From contig CM060734.1 of NCBI GenBank assembly GCA_030704615.1, positions 24,924,001-24,988,000 on the forward strand: 64,000 bases of DNA, read 5' to 3'. This document shows, piece after piece, positions 24,950 to 38,145 of the stretch. Origin of the DNA: Takakia lepidozioides (Eukaryota; Plantae; Bryophyta). The notes beneath the pieces are model-generated. The model saw nothing but the letters and a program-made list of their open reading frames with translations, was not told where the DNA came from and ran no database searches. The stretch's first letter is position 1. Every line of letters begins with the position of its first letter. The position numbers and the translations under genes are program-made.

Positions 24950-26808
24950 CTCGCGTGGCTAGGCTCACACTCTAGCATCCCCCGTGATGGTTTGCCTTTG
25001 TAATCAGATTTCTTGGACTCCATCATGGCAAGGAACCCGACGTTGGCCATCTCCAACCTGGTAGGGCGAATGACCCTCGTGGGATGCTCCACTGCATGGT
25101 ACGGGTCCTTGGGATCAACCACCCCCTTGTTCTTTCTCCCGGATCCCCTACCATGCGGTGGAGTCTGCTGGACATCCACCAGAGGGCCAGTATCTGCAAC
25201 ACTTCCGTGCCCACCTACCTCCCCTTGTGCCCCCTTCCCCCTACCCTTTCCTTTCCCCACACCACCAGCAACATCCTTTCCCTTTGCCTTTCTACCTTTA
25301 CCCGGTGTATCCTGAGCGGGAGGCTCCTTCTCTGCAAGAGTCCTCAAATTTCTATCATGAATTTCGAGGTCGGCTGTTGCGGCGCTGGCTGCTATATGCT
25401 CATTCTCTCTCCTCAAAGACACCTCCTGAGCTGGGGTCTCAGAAGCAGGGCAATCCAAATACCAACCACAAGCAGAAAGATGGTCTGGGCCCCAGTCATG
25501 CAAGATCCCCGTAGTAAACATGGTCTGGTTGCCAGCGGGGACAAGCCAAAGGTCCACGAAATTAGGATGTTTGTCCAAGCAGTTCTCTGCCATGAGAACA
25601 TACTTTATGTACCTGCAGGAACACAGACAGCCTCATTATGCAATGCAAATATTGTCTCCCAGCTTTTCCACCCCATCACGAAGACACCCTAAAAGAGTAT
25701 GCGGCACAATACACTCCACCACAAACTCATATGAGCCAGCCAAAAACAGGTTGGATGGAGGAGAGTGTGTCTGTGCAAACAAAGAAGCACAGTCCATTTC
25801 GCACCTGTAAAGGCATCGTTTCCAGGCTTCCTCTCCTTTCTCTTGCTGGTCAAGCTCATTTGTTTGACTGATGCTAGCATCCTTGCTGAACTCTCTGAAG
25901 AAACAAGATTGCCACACTGTGGCTCTCCATTTCCTCATGTATGCTTGGAAGGAGACCTTCGGTTCTGTCATGGTGATCCCATAGTCAGCCAGCTGCGTAT
26001 GTAGAACCGACCGGGCCCTTTCCTCCAATTGCAGACCAATACAAAAGCAAGAATGAACCCAAAAACAATCACAACCAATGTAACATGGAAAGATAATGAC
26101 AGAAAAAACGAAAAGAAATTGACACAGCAAAGGACATCATACCTGGCTTCAGTAAGTGGCCTTGTGAAGCCATGTGTCCAACACATTGTCACTGACAGGA
26201 ATGACACGCTGGGTCTTCTTCTCTTTCTCTGGCCTGGGGAACATGTGGGTATCCCTAACAGTGGGATCGGAGTTCCATATCTGTAGCCACTTCACCTTCT
26301 GTTCTGAAGACACAACGGCAATAGACAACCTGTGTAACTTCTCCTGGGCCATCTCCGGCTTGCCTGGCTTGTTGTAATGGTTTTTCACCTCTTGAAGGAA
26401 CTCTGGTCCGAAGGTTGGGTCTGCAATTCTTAGTTGTTTCACAAAAGCACTCATAATAGTCCTTCTTGTAGCGGTCATCTCTTTCTGGATGTGACTTTCA
26501 ACACCCTTTGCTGTCCTTCTCTCCTCAGGGGTAGAACTGTAGTATTCCAGTTTGCCACGCTCTCCTGCATCTGCAATGTCTTGCTGCAACGGAATGCACG
26601 AGAGTTGCATCAACCCAAGGGCAAGGGAAACAAACAAAAACAAACATGTGGAAGCAGGAATATCGAAAGGCCAGATGATGGAAGATGTATCTCACCGCGT
26701 ACATATACTCCATGAAAGCCTCACGGGTCAACGAGTACCACGTTTCTGATGTCTTGGAGCTTTCGCACTTCTTGTACGTCTCTGCTGAATGGATGGTCTT
26801 GAAGTTGA
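24950..26808 (-). pseudogene. Middle part of a ParB-MTase paralog, truncated by the retroelement end at 26809
   Basis: WYSLTREAFMEYMY, IADPTFGPEF, EKLHRLS, WLQIWNS and YIKYVL align with exons 2-6 of 5678-10069. Confidence 0.8.
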
Positions 26809-27150
26809 TGTCAAGTTAAATAAGCACAGTGTGAAAACAACTAGAATAAAACTAGTTATTTGTATTTAACACTTGGATTTAGGTCAAGTGTTAAATCAGG
26901 TATCAAGTTTAGTTTGACACCTGAACGGCCTTATCTTCACAAGAGCGGCAGTCGCGTGGCTCATCTCTCTCGAGTTGAGCCTGCGCGACCGAGCTCCTTC
27001 ATCGTTTAGGACTGAGTGTGCTCATGATGGGAGTGTAGGTTGTTGTGGGGTGGAGTCCCCACAGCTTGGGGTGCCCCTGGCTCGACTTCCGTTTTAACGA
27101 GTGATAGCGATGGATTTCATGTTGTTTCTGGTGTGAACAGTGTGTCTCTT
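26809..27150 (+). repeat. Third copy of terminal repeat A (5' end of a nested family member)
   Basis: Begins TGTCAAGTTAAATAAGCACAG and is more diverged from A2 than A1 is. Confidence 0.9.
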
Positions 27151-28634
27151 AGCTTGTTCTATCACTCGAGAGAGATCAGCTTGCATCTATGAGTGCCAGA
27201 GTTTGCATGTGATCGAAGGCCTTCCTATGTCTGAGGCACCAGTGGTAGCAAGTCCTTCGTTGGTCTCGGATGTGCCTACAGTTACAAGTGCTCGGGCTAC
27301 TTCATCAAGTTTGGATTATGTTGACCTTCTTAGGGCTGAAGAGGCCTTCACCGAACGAGCATTGTACTTTGCACGCAACTCGCCCCGCTCGGGCGATACT
27401 GGCCAGAGGAGATTGATGATGTAAATTCGCAAATTGAGCAGTCCATTGCCTTTGAGGACGAGCGCCTTAAGCTTGATTGTAAGGATATTGAGTAGTATGA
27501 TAAGTTTGAGGAGTGGTTCTTTACGCGTATATCAAGGGTCTCCACTTCCGAAAGGCAGAGGCTCTCTTGTTGGATAAGTGATCCGGCGGCATTAGTTCGT
27601 GAGGTTCACAGTGTCATCGACGACGAGCTTGCCTTACGCAGGCAATGACAACTACCCATTACAGATCTTAAACGCCGCTTCTTACATTTTGATGGCATTG
27701 AACTGAGACAGCTTGGCCTTTGTGAAACCCTGTCCATTCAATCCCTGGCTACTACGTTGGTTCATTGTGACTTCATTGATCCTTGACAACTAGCCTTGTT
27801 AGCCAGTGGGGTGGGCTCTGTTCTTCTGAGGTTGCTTTGATTTATTGGTTTTGTTGTGTACACCCCATCAGCTTGGGATTTGCTTGACGGACTCTCTGGT
27901 CCAAGTGAAAGAGCATTCCAGGGAGACATTGGCATCTTGCCCACGAGTGGTTTCCTTTTAGGCTTGTCCAGAAGCTTCGTGTTCTTGATTCCCTGGATTA
28001 CTGGCCTGATAGCACTGTTTTAACCCGCACCTGGAAAGGGGAGTGATTTGGAGGTCCAAATCGAACGTGGTGTGTTGAGTTCTGGTTCAAGAATCAGCAG
28101 GGGTAGAAGCTGGAATGTCAAGGGTTACCTGAACGTTGGAAGAGGCCATGACTTGGTATTGGGCTGTGGCTCTTCTTCTGAGAAGGGGCTGCTGGGGAAG
28201 CCAACTTCATAGCTGAGCGCACATTCCGACTGGGTGCTTGGGGCACCAAACCAGGTTTTGTAAGTACAAGACTGGAGGAGATTACCGAACCAAGGGCTAG
28301 CAAAATTGAGGCAGCGGCTGGGAAGGGCTGAGCAGGTAGATATTGTCCTCCATCTACCTCATTCCCTTCGCAGACATCCACCGTCAACTTCACAGCAGGC
28401 TCCTCCAACACAGCAGGTGGGGACGAAGCGAGCGCCGGTGCCGACCCCAATGCGCGCTGCACATTGTGATCCATGATGAGCTCCAGGTCTTGCATAGCAC
28501 CATAGGTTGATCTCCCCATTCTTACGGTCCTCTCTCAAGCTTCCACAGGCCAAGCAAGGCCCCCTTGTGAGAACACAGTCAAGCACTAGCTGCAGGGGAT
28601 GCTAACTTAATCCTCCGTCTTCCAGACCTCCCTT

Positions 28635-29265
28635 CCCTCTCTCCATCCTTCCAGTGTACTGTTTTGACCCAAGAGACTACGGGAAGTCATTGTCAGGGTT
28701 CGATAAGACAGGCCCCTACCGCACCAAATTTCTGTTGGAATGTGTTGCGAACTTGCGGGAAAATCTGAGAAATAGGGGTTCAGATTTGATCATCAGAATT
28801 GGAAAACCGGAGGAAGTGATTGTGAAATTGGCCCAGTCTGTTGGGGCAGATGCCTTGTATGCACACCAGGAAGTCACTTTTGAAGAGCTTCAGGCGGAGG
28901 GGAAAGTATCAGCTCCATTGAAAGACCAAGGCGTGGAGGCCAAGTACTTCTGGGGTAGCACACTGTTCCACATTGATGGTCTACCCTTCAAGCTGGATGA
29001 GACGCCATCCAATTATGGTGGGTTCCGCGAGAAGGTAAAAAGTGTTTGTGTGCGGGACACCGTTGATGCACCGCAACATCTGAAGGGCTTGCCAGTCCGT
29101 GGTGGTGTGAAGCCTGGTGACATTCCTTTCCTTCTGGAGTTTGGGTTGAGCCCTCCAGCAACGATGTGACAGGACAGTCGGGCAGCAGGGGGAGCATTGC
29201 TGGTCGGAGGGGAGGATGAAGCCATGAAGCGGCTCCAAAGGTTTGCAGTGGAAGCTCCAGGGCAA
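28635..29265 (+). pseudogene. PHR2: Captured fragment of photolyase/blue-light receptor PHR2-like gene
   Basis: LPVYCFDPRDYGKS.SGFDKTGPYR..FL.ECV, YFWGSTLFHID.LPF, PSNYGGFREKV, VGGEDEA. Premature stop at 29167. Confidence 0.85.
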
Positions 29266-29703
29266 GCACCTGGCAAAACCAAAGTTATCAGCAGTTCAAA
29301 GCCAACAATAATCGGAAATCCAGGGAACCTGTGAGAACTACATGGACGTGTTGGGAACTCGTAGATGACTTGGGAGCAGTTTTTTTTAATGGCGAGAACG
29401 TTTTGGTGTTAAAAAAAAAAAGAAAAAAAAAAAAAAAAAGAAAAAAACCCTTTGATCTAATTTAAATGATTTAGAGCCTAATTGGTCATATCTTTGTCAA
29501 ATGGACTTTGTTTGACTCAGCGTTTGGGGGGATAGCTGCAGAAAGGGGAAATCTACCTATTTAAACCTGGTTTCCGTTTTTGGGACTCTGCTAAAAATCT
29601 ATGGAATTTTTAGAGTGTGAGTGTGCCATGAAAGATCCACAATCCTGTCTCTAGAACCTGTGCTGGTCTATATGAGAGACAAATTTGTGGATGTACTCCT
29701 TGC

Positions 29704-30453
29704 ATGGCTGGGGGAAATGAGGACGTAATTGAAGGGCATGTCTCTTCTCTTAGCCTGTGCACACAAGGGGACAGGATTTATGTTTCCCAAGGAACTCAGA
29801 CTGATTTGAGTGGAGAACAGTTGGACGAGTTGATTGCATACTGGGAGTCAGGCATTAGCAGTAGACAACAGACTGCTGTAGTTGGCATTGAGGGCCTCAA
29901 TATCGCCTTGGACAGTCAGAACTCTGTTGGAGCCAGCAGTTCTGCAGCTGTAGGTGAAATACCAAAGTGGGTGAAAGCTAGGCTTGGAACACAGCCAAAG
30001 ACAGCCCCGGGGACCAAGGTGTTCAGCCACAAGGCCGTGGTGTACTGGAGCAGAGGAGCAGGAGCTACACAAGTTTGTGCAATCAGACATGGTTGCAGCC
30101 GGATACGCTCTGCACAGGGCAACCACGAGCGGGGGTTCATCAGCAATGACATGTTTGTTGTGCGTGAAGGAGATGCAGTCATTCGCAACGAGGACACCCG
30201 CAACCGTCTCAAAGCTTTCGAGTTGAGAGACTATCAGACCCTACCTTTGTTTTCTTTAGTGTTCAGTGAGCGGGAGATAGGGGAGTATTGCTTTGTCTCT
30301 ACCTGGCAGAAAGAGGAGGAGGGTTGGTTAGAGCGAGCTACTGTAGCTTGGGACAAGGTTAGTGGCAGGTTTCTGGACATAGATATACCTCCTACACCTT
30401 ACCATCACGCAGAGCGAGGCACTTTGAGAGAAGTCTGGAAGTTGATAGCATAG
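29704..30453 (+). CDS. Extra 249-aa ORF of unknown function upstream of gag
   Basis: Uninterrupted ATG-started ORF in the element's 5' region, with no recognised motif. Confidence 0.5.
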   Translation: MAGGNEDVIEGHVSSLSLCTQGDRIYVSQGTQTDLSGEQLDELIAYWESGISSRQQTAVVGIEGLNIALDSQNSVGASSSAAVGEIPKWVKARLGTQPKTAPGTKVFSHKAVVYWSRGAGATQVCAIRHGCSRIRSAQGNHERGFISNDMFVVREGDAVIRNEDTRNRLKAFELRDYQTLPLFSLVFSEREIGEYCFVSTWQKEEEGWLERATVAWDKVSGRFLDIDIPPTPYHHAERGTLREVWKLIA

Positions 30454-30971
30454 ATCAGGATTAGATCTTGCTTGGGCGGCTTCTATTCTTCCCCTCCATC
30501 TCTGTACTATTTTCATTACCTTGTACTCGTAGTTGCCAAAGCCTCTCTTGGTGGAGGCCAGTCAGTCCGGGGTTTTGGGCTGGGATATTCTGCAGGATCA
30601 GCATTGCAGCTGGATTTTGGTGTGGGGGTGTTGATGTTTTGATTTCTTGTGTTTGGATCCCCCCCAACACCTGCATGCTTGACTGTGCGCCATGTTGGTT
30701 TTGTGTGGGCGCTTGCTTTCATAGGGATTAGGCCGGATTTGATCACCGGTCAATCCTAGAGTATGCTGTCGGTGGTGAGGCTGGAGTGATGACCAGCAAG
30801 ACCACCAGTGTTTCTTCTATGGTGAGGCTGGGTTGATGACCAGCCAACCATAGGAGTTCTTGCGGTGGATGCAGGTGCAGGTGCCCTGAGCCATTGGGAT
30901 ATGACCCTTAGACTGCAACAGGTGCCCACCCGTGTCACTATTAGATTAGTACTAGAGCCTTATAGTGTCAC

Positions 30972-33100
30972 GTGGAGGAGGTGCACATTGTGAGTGTCAT
31001 TACGGAGTTACCCAAGGGTTTTGAGGGGAGTACGGTTACAGGCAGTAACAGTGAGAGTGGGTTCACAAGACGAGGTATTCGGTTCAGACCACCTTCACCA
31101 CCACCCTCAATTACTGTAGAGTCAGACACAGACTCGGAGGCTTCATCAACAGGTGTGCACTTTCATTCGCCATTGTTGTGGGACGACATGGAGGAGATGT
31201 ATGGAGCTACCAAGGGGCCTCGTAGGTACTCTGGAGCTGTGGGCACAATTGATTTGGATGACTTTATCCAGGAGTTTGACAGCTGGTGTGATTTGCAGCA
31301 CATGCGCAATCCACAGCTATTCACCCCATTCATGGCGTGGAAGGGACTGTTCCAGCATTTGGAAGGCCCGCCTATGGACGATTACCACGAGTTCAGGCGA
31401 GGACATGAAGCAGAGATTGAGGAGTGGAGGATGTATTGGTCACCTGACTACGTCTCCATTACTCGAGGCATGACGCGACCAGTAGCTGCATCAGTACCAA
31501 TAGCTCCCACTGCCAGCACTAGTAGTGGAGCAAGTAGTGCTGGTACTTCTGTAGGTGGTACCAATTCAAAAGGTGCTACTACTCCTCCTGCCACTACTAC
31601 AACACATGTGCCTAGATTCAACCCGGTGGTGGAGTTCTTCCAGGAGTTGCGGAGGAACTACCAAGGTGTACGGACAGAGAAGCTGCGAAGTTTGCAAGAC
31701 TTCCAGCGCAAACCCAGTGAGAGCCTGCGAGAGGCGTACACTCGTATGAGGCGCTTGATAAATGTGACCCAAGGGGTTACTGAAGCTCAGGCAATCCAGT
31801 TTTGGTATGGAATTCTGGACAAGGAGCTCAAGAGAAGGGTGCGAGATGCAACCTGTTACAAGCAGCCCAACCCACATTAGCAGATGTGTTTCTGCTGGCT
31901 GAGCGGATTGAGCTCAACATGGTGGAGGAGCGAGTTGTCACCATTGGATTTGGCAAGGACATGCCTGCACGAGGCGCAGCTGCCAGCCCACAGGCACAAG
32001 GACTGCCCAGCAGCGTGGTCAGGGGGCAAGGTTTCCCAACCCAAGTTCCATGGAGCTTACAGGGGACCTCAGGTGCAGAGGCCCGTGGCATCTTTTGCAG
32101 GCCAACAGCAACCAGGGGTGATATGTTGGACATGTGGAGGACCCCATGTCAAGAGAGATTGCCCAGAGAGTGGCAGAAGGCCGGCACAAGCACAGCCTGC
32201 ACAGTTGCAGTGTGGGCATTGTGGCAAGTATGGGCATGGAGATGCCCAGTGTTATGACTTGCATCCTGAGTTGCGCCCAGGCCAATTCCAAGGGAACAAT
32301 GGTGGCCGGGGGCGAGGTGGACCAGCCCAGAGAGGACGAGGTGGTCGGGCACAAGGTGCAAGCCAAGGGCAAGCTCAACATGGCCAAGGACGCGGAGGTC
32401 AGGGTGTTGATCAAGGCATGGCCAACCGGCTTCAGCAGCTAGAGCAGAGGCTCGCTGCCATGGCTATAGCTCAGGTGGTACCGGCTCCCAGGCGGGATGG
32501 TCCACCTCCTGCTCCTGAGGGAGGAGATATGGGAGGCATGGGATTTATGTGCGGAGCAGCACTACCACTAGAGCAGGTGGAGTCTGCTGCAGCCGTGACT
32601 CGAGGAGCAGCACGAGTTCCTGAGCCACGAGGTGCAGAGGTGGAATTGGATCCACAGCGTGGGGAGGCAAGCCGTCAGGCGAGGCTTCCTCAGTCATTCA
32701 CATTGGCGGAGACTGTATCGACGCCATCCATGGCACCTAGTTCTTGCCCGACTGTTACCGAGGCGGAGGTTACTATGCCATTGGGGAGAGCTACACGTGC
32801 AGCATTGACTCCTGTTGCCAAGGCTAGTGCGGCCAGTGTGTTATTGGGGGCAGCCACCTCTGTGTGTCAGGCCCCACTGTTCTCGGCAACAATGATTGCG
32901 ACGCCGGGGTAAGCCAGCTGCAGTGTTCAGACTAGCAGCAACACTCTGTGAGAGTGGGGAGGTCACTTCATCTTCTGCGGAGTTAGTGGAAGGTGTAGTG
33001 GCAGAGGGATCCTCGGATTTGAGGGTCAAGACTGCCACGGCTGCGCCCTGGCAAGTTGCAGCTGCCAGGTTGACGGAGCTGCCAGCTAGGCCAGCCTTTG
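30972..33100 (+). pseudogene. gag with two Zn knuckles (frameshifted)
   Basis: Capsid-like FQRKPSESLREAYTRM, knuckles CWTCGGPHVKRDC and CGHCGKYGHGDAQC, and an RGG-rich tail. Confidence 0.88.
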
Positions 33101-33124
33101 AGCGCGCCATGGTGACACCTGGAG

Positions 33125-33560
33125 TTGTCTTGTTACCAGGGAGGCATTTTCACTTTGAGTGGACCGGCAGGCAAGAAGTACCGGCCACTGCGGGTCTTGT
33201 TGGACTCGGGAGCTCAGCCACTGATGTTGGGCAGAGCTGCTATTGCAGGTTTGGGCCTCATGGAGGCGGATATGGAGCCTTGCCCTTTCCAGATACAGAC
33301 ATCTCTGGGAGGATCAGAGCAGGCTCGGGGCATGACACGGCATCAGTTGGCCATTAGACTGCAGCCGGATCATCCTATCGATGGCTCAGTAATGCGAGCC
33401 AAGGCCATTGTGACAGACGCAGTCTCTTACGATGTCCTCGTTGGTGGGGCAGTGTTATACCCCATGGGCTTCACCCTGGACTTTTGGGAGGAGTCAGCAT
33501 CCTACAGGCCTGGATGGCAGTCAGGCGATGGTCGCCGTGCACAGCTCTCTGTGACATTCA
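33125..33560 (+). CDS. pol: aspartic protease domain
   Basis: VLLDSGAQP at about 33194-33220 and YDVLVGG. Confidence 0.85.
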
Positions 33561-33899
33561 TTGGGGGTATAGCGGCTGCCCAGCGGGGCAAGATGCCAAC
33601 ACTAGCCGCCTTTACAGCTGCAGTTAGTTGGCCTGGAGAGTTGCTGGAAGGCAATGCCCATCCAGAGGATGTGCCACCTCCAGCAGAGCAGGATGACATG
33701 CATGGTATGGCGGAGTTGCCTGCCATGGTTGCTCACACTCCATTGTGGGGTACGAGCAAGGATTTGCAGCAGGTTGCTGATCGACGGGTGCAACAAGCCT
33801 GGGTAGAGGCTTTTGTTCCGTCAGGAGAGGAGGAGAGTGCGGGTATGCCACCAGGACCACCTCAGTTGTCACCATTGGATACCACACCTATTGTGTGGC

Positions 33900-34880
33900 A
33901 GTATCCGGATGAAGGCATTTGCCTTCTGGACTTGTTTGGCGGGATCAGCACCGGATTGGCTGCTGTGTTACAGGCAGGTGTACGAGTTTGGCGTTACCTG
34001 TATGTGGAGAGGGATGAGACTACTCGACGCGTCTCACTGCGCCATGTTGCTCAGTTGGTGCAGCAGTACCCTGAGTTGTTGTCGGTGTCTGCAGTTCGTG
34101 GATATCAGCAGCCTTGCCAGCAGACATTTCGTTGTTGGGGGCGCAGGATTTGGAGCGGGTTGGCTCCATTGATCTGGTAGTGGCAGGTTGGCCCTGCCAA
34201 GGGCATTCATCAGCCGGGCATGGCAATGGATTGCGAGACTCGAGGACGGGTCTGTTTTGGGAGATGGTGCGGGTTTTGCGCCACTTGCAGCTTCATCAAG
34301 CTGTATCTCCAGCATACATCTTGGAGAATGTGCCACTGATGGGCGATTCTCGGGCCAGGGTGATGGCCAGTGTGCATCAAGTCCGGTCGTGGCTTGGGTC
34401 AGCAGTGTTGCTGGATGCAGCTACAGTGGGGTCACGGGCTCATCGTCCACGGCTATGGTGGACTAACTTGATGCCACTCGCACTGCTCAAGCGTGCATTT
34501 GATGGGGTGCAGCGGCCAGCACACCTCACCGTGGATGGCATTTTGGACACAGGGAGGCAGTCTCAACGTGTGAGACACGATGACCGTTCGCCTTTGGCAG
34601 TGGTCAACAGGGTGGGTCAACCACGAGCAGCATTACCTACACTGCTCAGCTTCCCAGGATCCCATGCTTTTCGGGATGGTGGACCTGGCCTCCTGTGGGA
34701 TGCTCAGTTGCAACAATTAGTGGAGCCTAATGCCGACGAGCGAGAGCGGGCTATGGGGTTTTCCACTGGGACCACGGCGGTGCCTTCTCTTTCTGAGGCA
34801 TCACGTCGTCAGGTGTTGGGGCAAGCAATGGATCTCAATTGCTTGACCTGGATTATCAGCTTGGCTATGGCTGAGCAATG
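33900..34880 (+). CDS. pol: C5-cytosine DNA methyltransferase domain (DNMT3/DRM-like), one frameshift at about 34113
   Basis: Motifs I DLFGGIS, IV AGWPCQG, VI LENV, VIII HRPRLWWTN, IX ERERAMGF and X RRQVLGQAM, in canonical order. Confidence 0.93.
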
Positions 34881-35299
34881 TAGAGTGCGGAGCGCACTTC
34901 CCTGGACGGTCTCTCTACCTACCGAGACGGTACAGGCAGCGAGTGGGGGCGAGCCGGTGAGGACCACGGGGTGTAGACATCCATGGCACACGTGGGAGGT
35001 GCTCGAGGTTCAGAGGGAGTTGGCAGCCAAGCAGCTGTGATGGATGAGGTTGGGATTCTTCTCAGGATGAGGAGGTTCTCAATGATGAGATGATGGGGTA
35101 GGATGAGGCATTGTCATTGACTGAGCAGGAAGGAAGTACTGCTCAAGAGGTTGCAGCATAGCAACCACGGGACGCGTCCCCTACCTCTAAGCCCACTGGA
35201 CTTAAGGTTGCAGTCACGGAGGACAATTGGGAGCCTGACATTGGACCCATTGTCACCGGAGGAGAGAGACGACGTATACGGCGGTTCCTGAGGGCTTAA

Positions 35300-36660
35300 A
35301 GGAATTGCTTTGCCTTCAGTTTGAAGGACTTGGGAGCACTGAAGGGTCAAGAGATCCGTATTGAGTTGGCCACTGACACGCCAATCTTTCGGAGACCCTA
35401 TAGATACAGTGACATGGAGAGGTCTTTGATTCAGATGAGGACTCAAGATCTCTGGGAGGCAGGTTCTGGTGGAGCTCTCTGGTGGAGAGTATGCTTCAGC
35501 CACAGTGATGCCAGCTAAGAAGGATGTCTATGGCAATTGGACGGAGAGACGTATGTGCGGTGATTACCGGCCTGTAAATCGTCAGACCAAGTCCGATAGG
35601 TATGCCATGCCAACACCAGAGGAGATCTTTGATGCCATTGGGCATTCCAAGGTCTTTAGCACGTTGGATTTACGATCCGGATATCACCAGTTGCCGATCA
35701 AGGAGGCGGATAAGCAAAAGACGGCATTCTGGGGGATCAATGAGCACGGGAAGGATTGCCTATACCAGTGGCGGTTCTTACCATTTGGGCTTAAAAACGC
35801 TCCCGCTGAGTTTCAAAGAGTCATGGACAGGATTCTAGCAGGGGTGGAGTTTGCTCGGTGCTACATAGATGACATCATCATCTTTAGTGCTACGGTGGAG
35901 GAGCATGAGAGACACCTTCAGGGGTATTTGAGCGCTTAAGGACGCACGGATTGAAGTTACATCCGGGAAAGTGCAAGTTTTTCCACAACCAGATTGAGTA
36001 TCTGGGTCACATGATATATCCTGGAGGATTGGGGGTACAGCAGACTAAGGTAGAGTCCATTGCACAGGTTCCACGCCCCACGGATGTGAGCCAAGTTCAA
36101 GCTTTCATGGGGTTAGCAAACTATTACAGACGGTTTGTTAAGGGATTCAGTGCCATTGCAAAGGCTCTAACCAAGCTGACCAAGGTAGACCAGGAGTGGC
36201 AGTGGGAAGATGAGCAAGAACAAGCTTTTCAAGAGCTCAAGGCGAGGTTGACCTCGGCGCCCATCTTGAGATGACCTATCAGGGGGCGTCCTTTTCAGCT
36301 GCATATAGATTGGAACATGCTGGGGCTTGGAGCGGTGCTCACACAGGTGGATAATGAGGGAAGAGAGTTCGTAGTGGCTTATGCTAGCCGCTCGAACAAT
36401 GCTGCAGAGTCTAAGTATAGCTCATATGAGGGAGAATGCTTAGCTGCAGTGTGGGCCGTGGCACACTTCAGGTGCTCTATACGGCAATCTCTTCACCCTT
36501 GTCACGGATCACCAACCACTCAAGTGGTTGATGGAGTCAGACAAGCTTACGGGGAAGCTTGCACGGTGGGCACTCATCCTTCAAGAGTATGACTTTCAGG
36601 TGGTGCATCGACCGGGTTTGGTCAATCGCAATGCAGATGGGTTGAGTCGCAATCCATGCA
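35300..36660 (+). CDS. pol: reverse transcriptase and RNase H (disrupted)
   Basis: [34 protein letters not shown] at about 35862, [29 protein letters not shown]. Confidence 0.95.
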
Positions 36661-36788
36661 CGAGCCAACAGGATGACACTGGAGCTCGGTGGCATGGTGA
36701 GACGGACGAGGAGATGGTGCCCGGATGGCATGCATCTGCATTTCTGTGTATCTTGGCAGCGGAAGGCTAGGTTGGACCTGCAACAGGG

Positions 36789-38100
36789 ATGACTGTAGAT
36801 CAAGTGTCTGAGGACCCTGAGGCCAGCAATGAGCAAGGTAGTGCCAAAGATATACATGAGGATTCAGTTGTGTTGGACTACCTCCGCACTGGAGACACGG
36901 CAGCCACTGTGACTGCCAAGGAGAGGGATCGGATCCTACAACGAGCCAAGAGGTTCAGGTGGGAGGGGACACACCTGCTCCGAGTGTGGGAGGATGGTCG
37001 AGTGAGGATTGTGCCTCACCCAACACAGCGGGCACGGTTAGTGCGCCATGCCCATGAGGAGTTGGGGCATTTTGGGGTGCGACGCACTCATAGTCTACTG
37101 CAGGGGCAGTATTGGTGGTGTGGTATGCACACAGAGGTGCAACAATTTGTGGCTAGGTGCATGGTGTGTGACAGGGTGCGTGCTTCATTCAACGCCCCTA
37201 CTCCACAATTGCACCCTCTTCCGATCATGGGATTGGGCTACAGGTGGAGTCTTGACTTCGCAGGGCCGTTGCCACTGACCATGCGCCACAACAAGTACGT
37301 GTTGGTGATGGTGGAGCACTTCTCCAAGTGGATTGAATTGGTTCCATTGCCTGATAAGGCTAGTGAGGGAGCTGCGTATGCATTCCTAGATTGTGTGCTT
37401 AGCCGATTCGGTGCTCCAGCTGAGGTACTCACGGACCAAGGGAGAGAGTTCTTGGGGGAGTTTCAGGCTTTGTGTGACAAGGCCTTGATAGACCACCGCA
37501 CCACTTCTCGGGATCATCCTGAGGCCGATGGCTTGGCAGAGAGAGTTGTTCAGACAGTAAAGAGGGGTTTGCGCAAGTATGGCTTGCAGAAGGGACACCT
37601 AGGAGATTGGACCTTCAGTTACCCTGGTTAGCCATGGGCTACAGGTTCAGCAAGCAAGCATCACTTGCCTCCTTCTCACCATACTTTCTTCTCTTTGGCC
37701 GAGAGCCGGATTTGCCTACATCCATTCGTAGAGAAGCTGCTACAGTTCTTAACCTTGACGATCCGGACGTGTGGGCACGTGCATGTGAGCAGCGTGCAGA
37801 GTTGTTCAAGAGAGTCATGCCCATGGCTTTCGAGAACCTTGCCATTGCACAACACCGTGATACGTTGAGGTATGCTACCATACGTGGTGGGGGCTATCGT
37901 CTTGGGGTTGGAGATTCAACCCTGGTGACTATGTCTATCTGCAGCAGACTGCTCCTACGACCCTGGATGTGACTGTAGGACGTGTTATTTTGAGGGTTCG
38001 AGAGGTCTTGCCCTCAGGCGTCTTGGTCTTGGAGGGTCGGGATGGCATAACTTGAAAGGACCATGTGCGTAATTGTGCGCCATGTCACCTTCCGAATGTC
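36789..38100 (+). CDS. pol: DDE integrase
   Basis: HEELGHFG...CMVC (HHCC), WSLDFAGP, VLTDQGREF, DGLAERVVQ. Confidence 0.95.
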
Positions 38101-38145
38101 GATGGTAGGATCGACCCAAACCTGGCAGTGGTATCTGCAGGTTTG

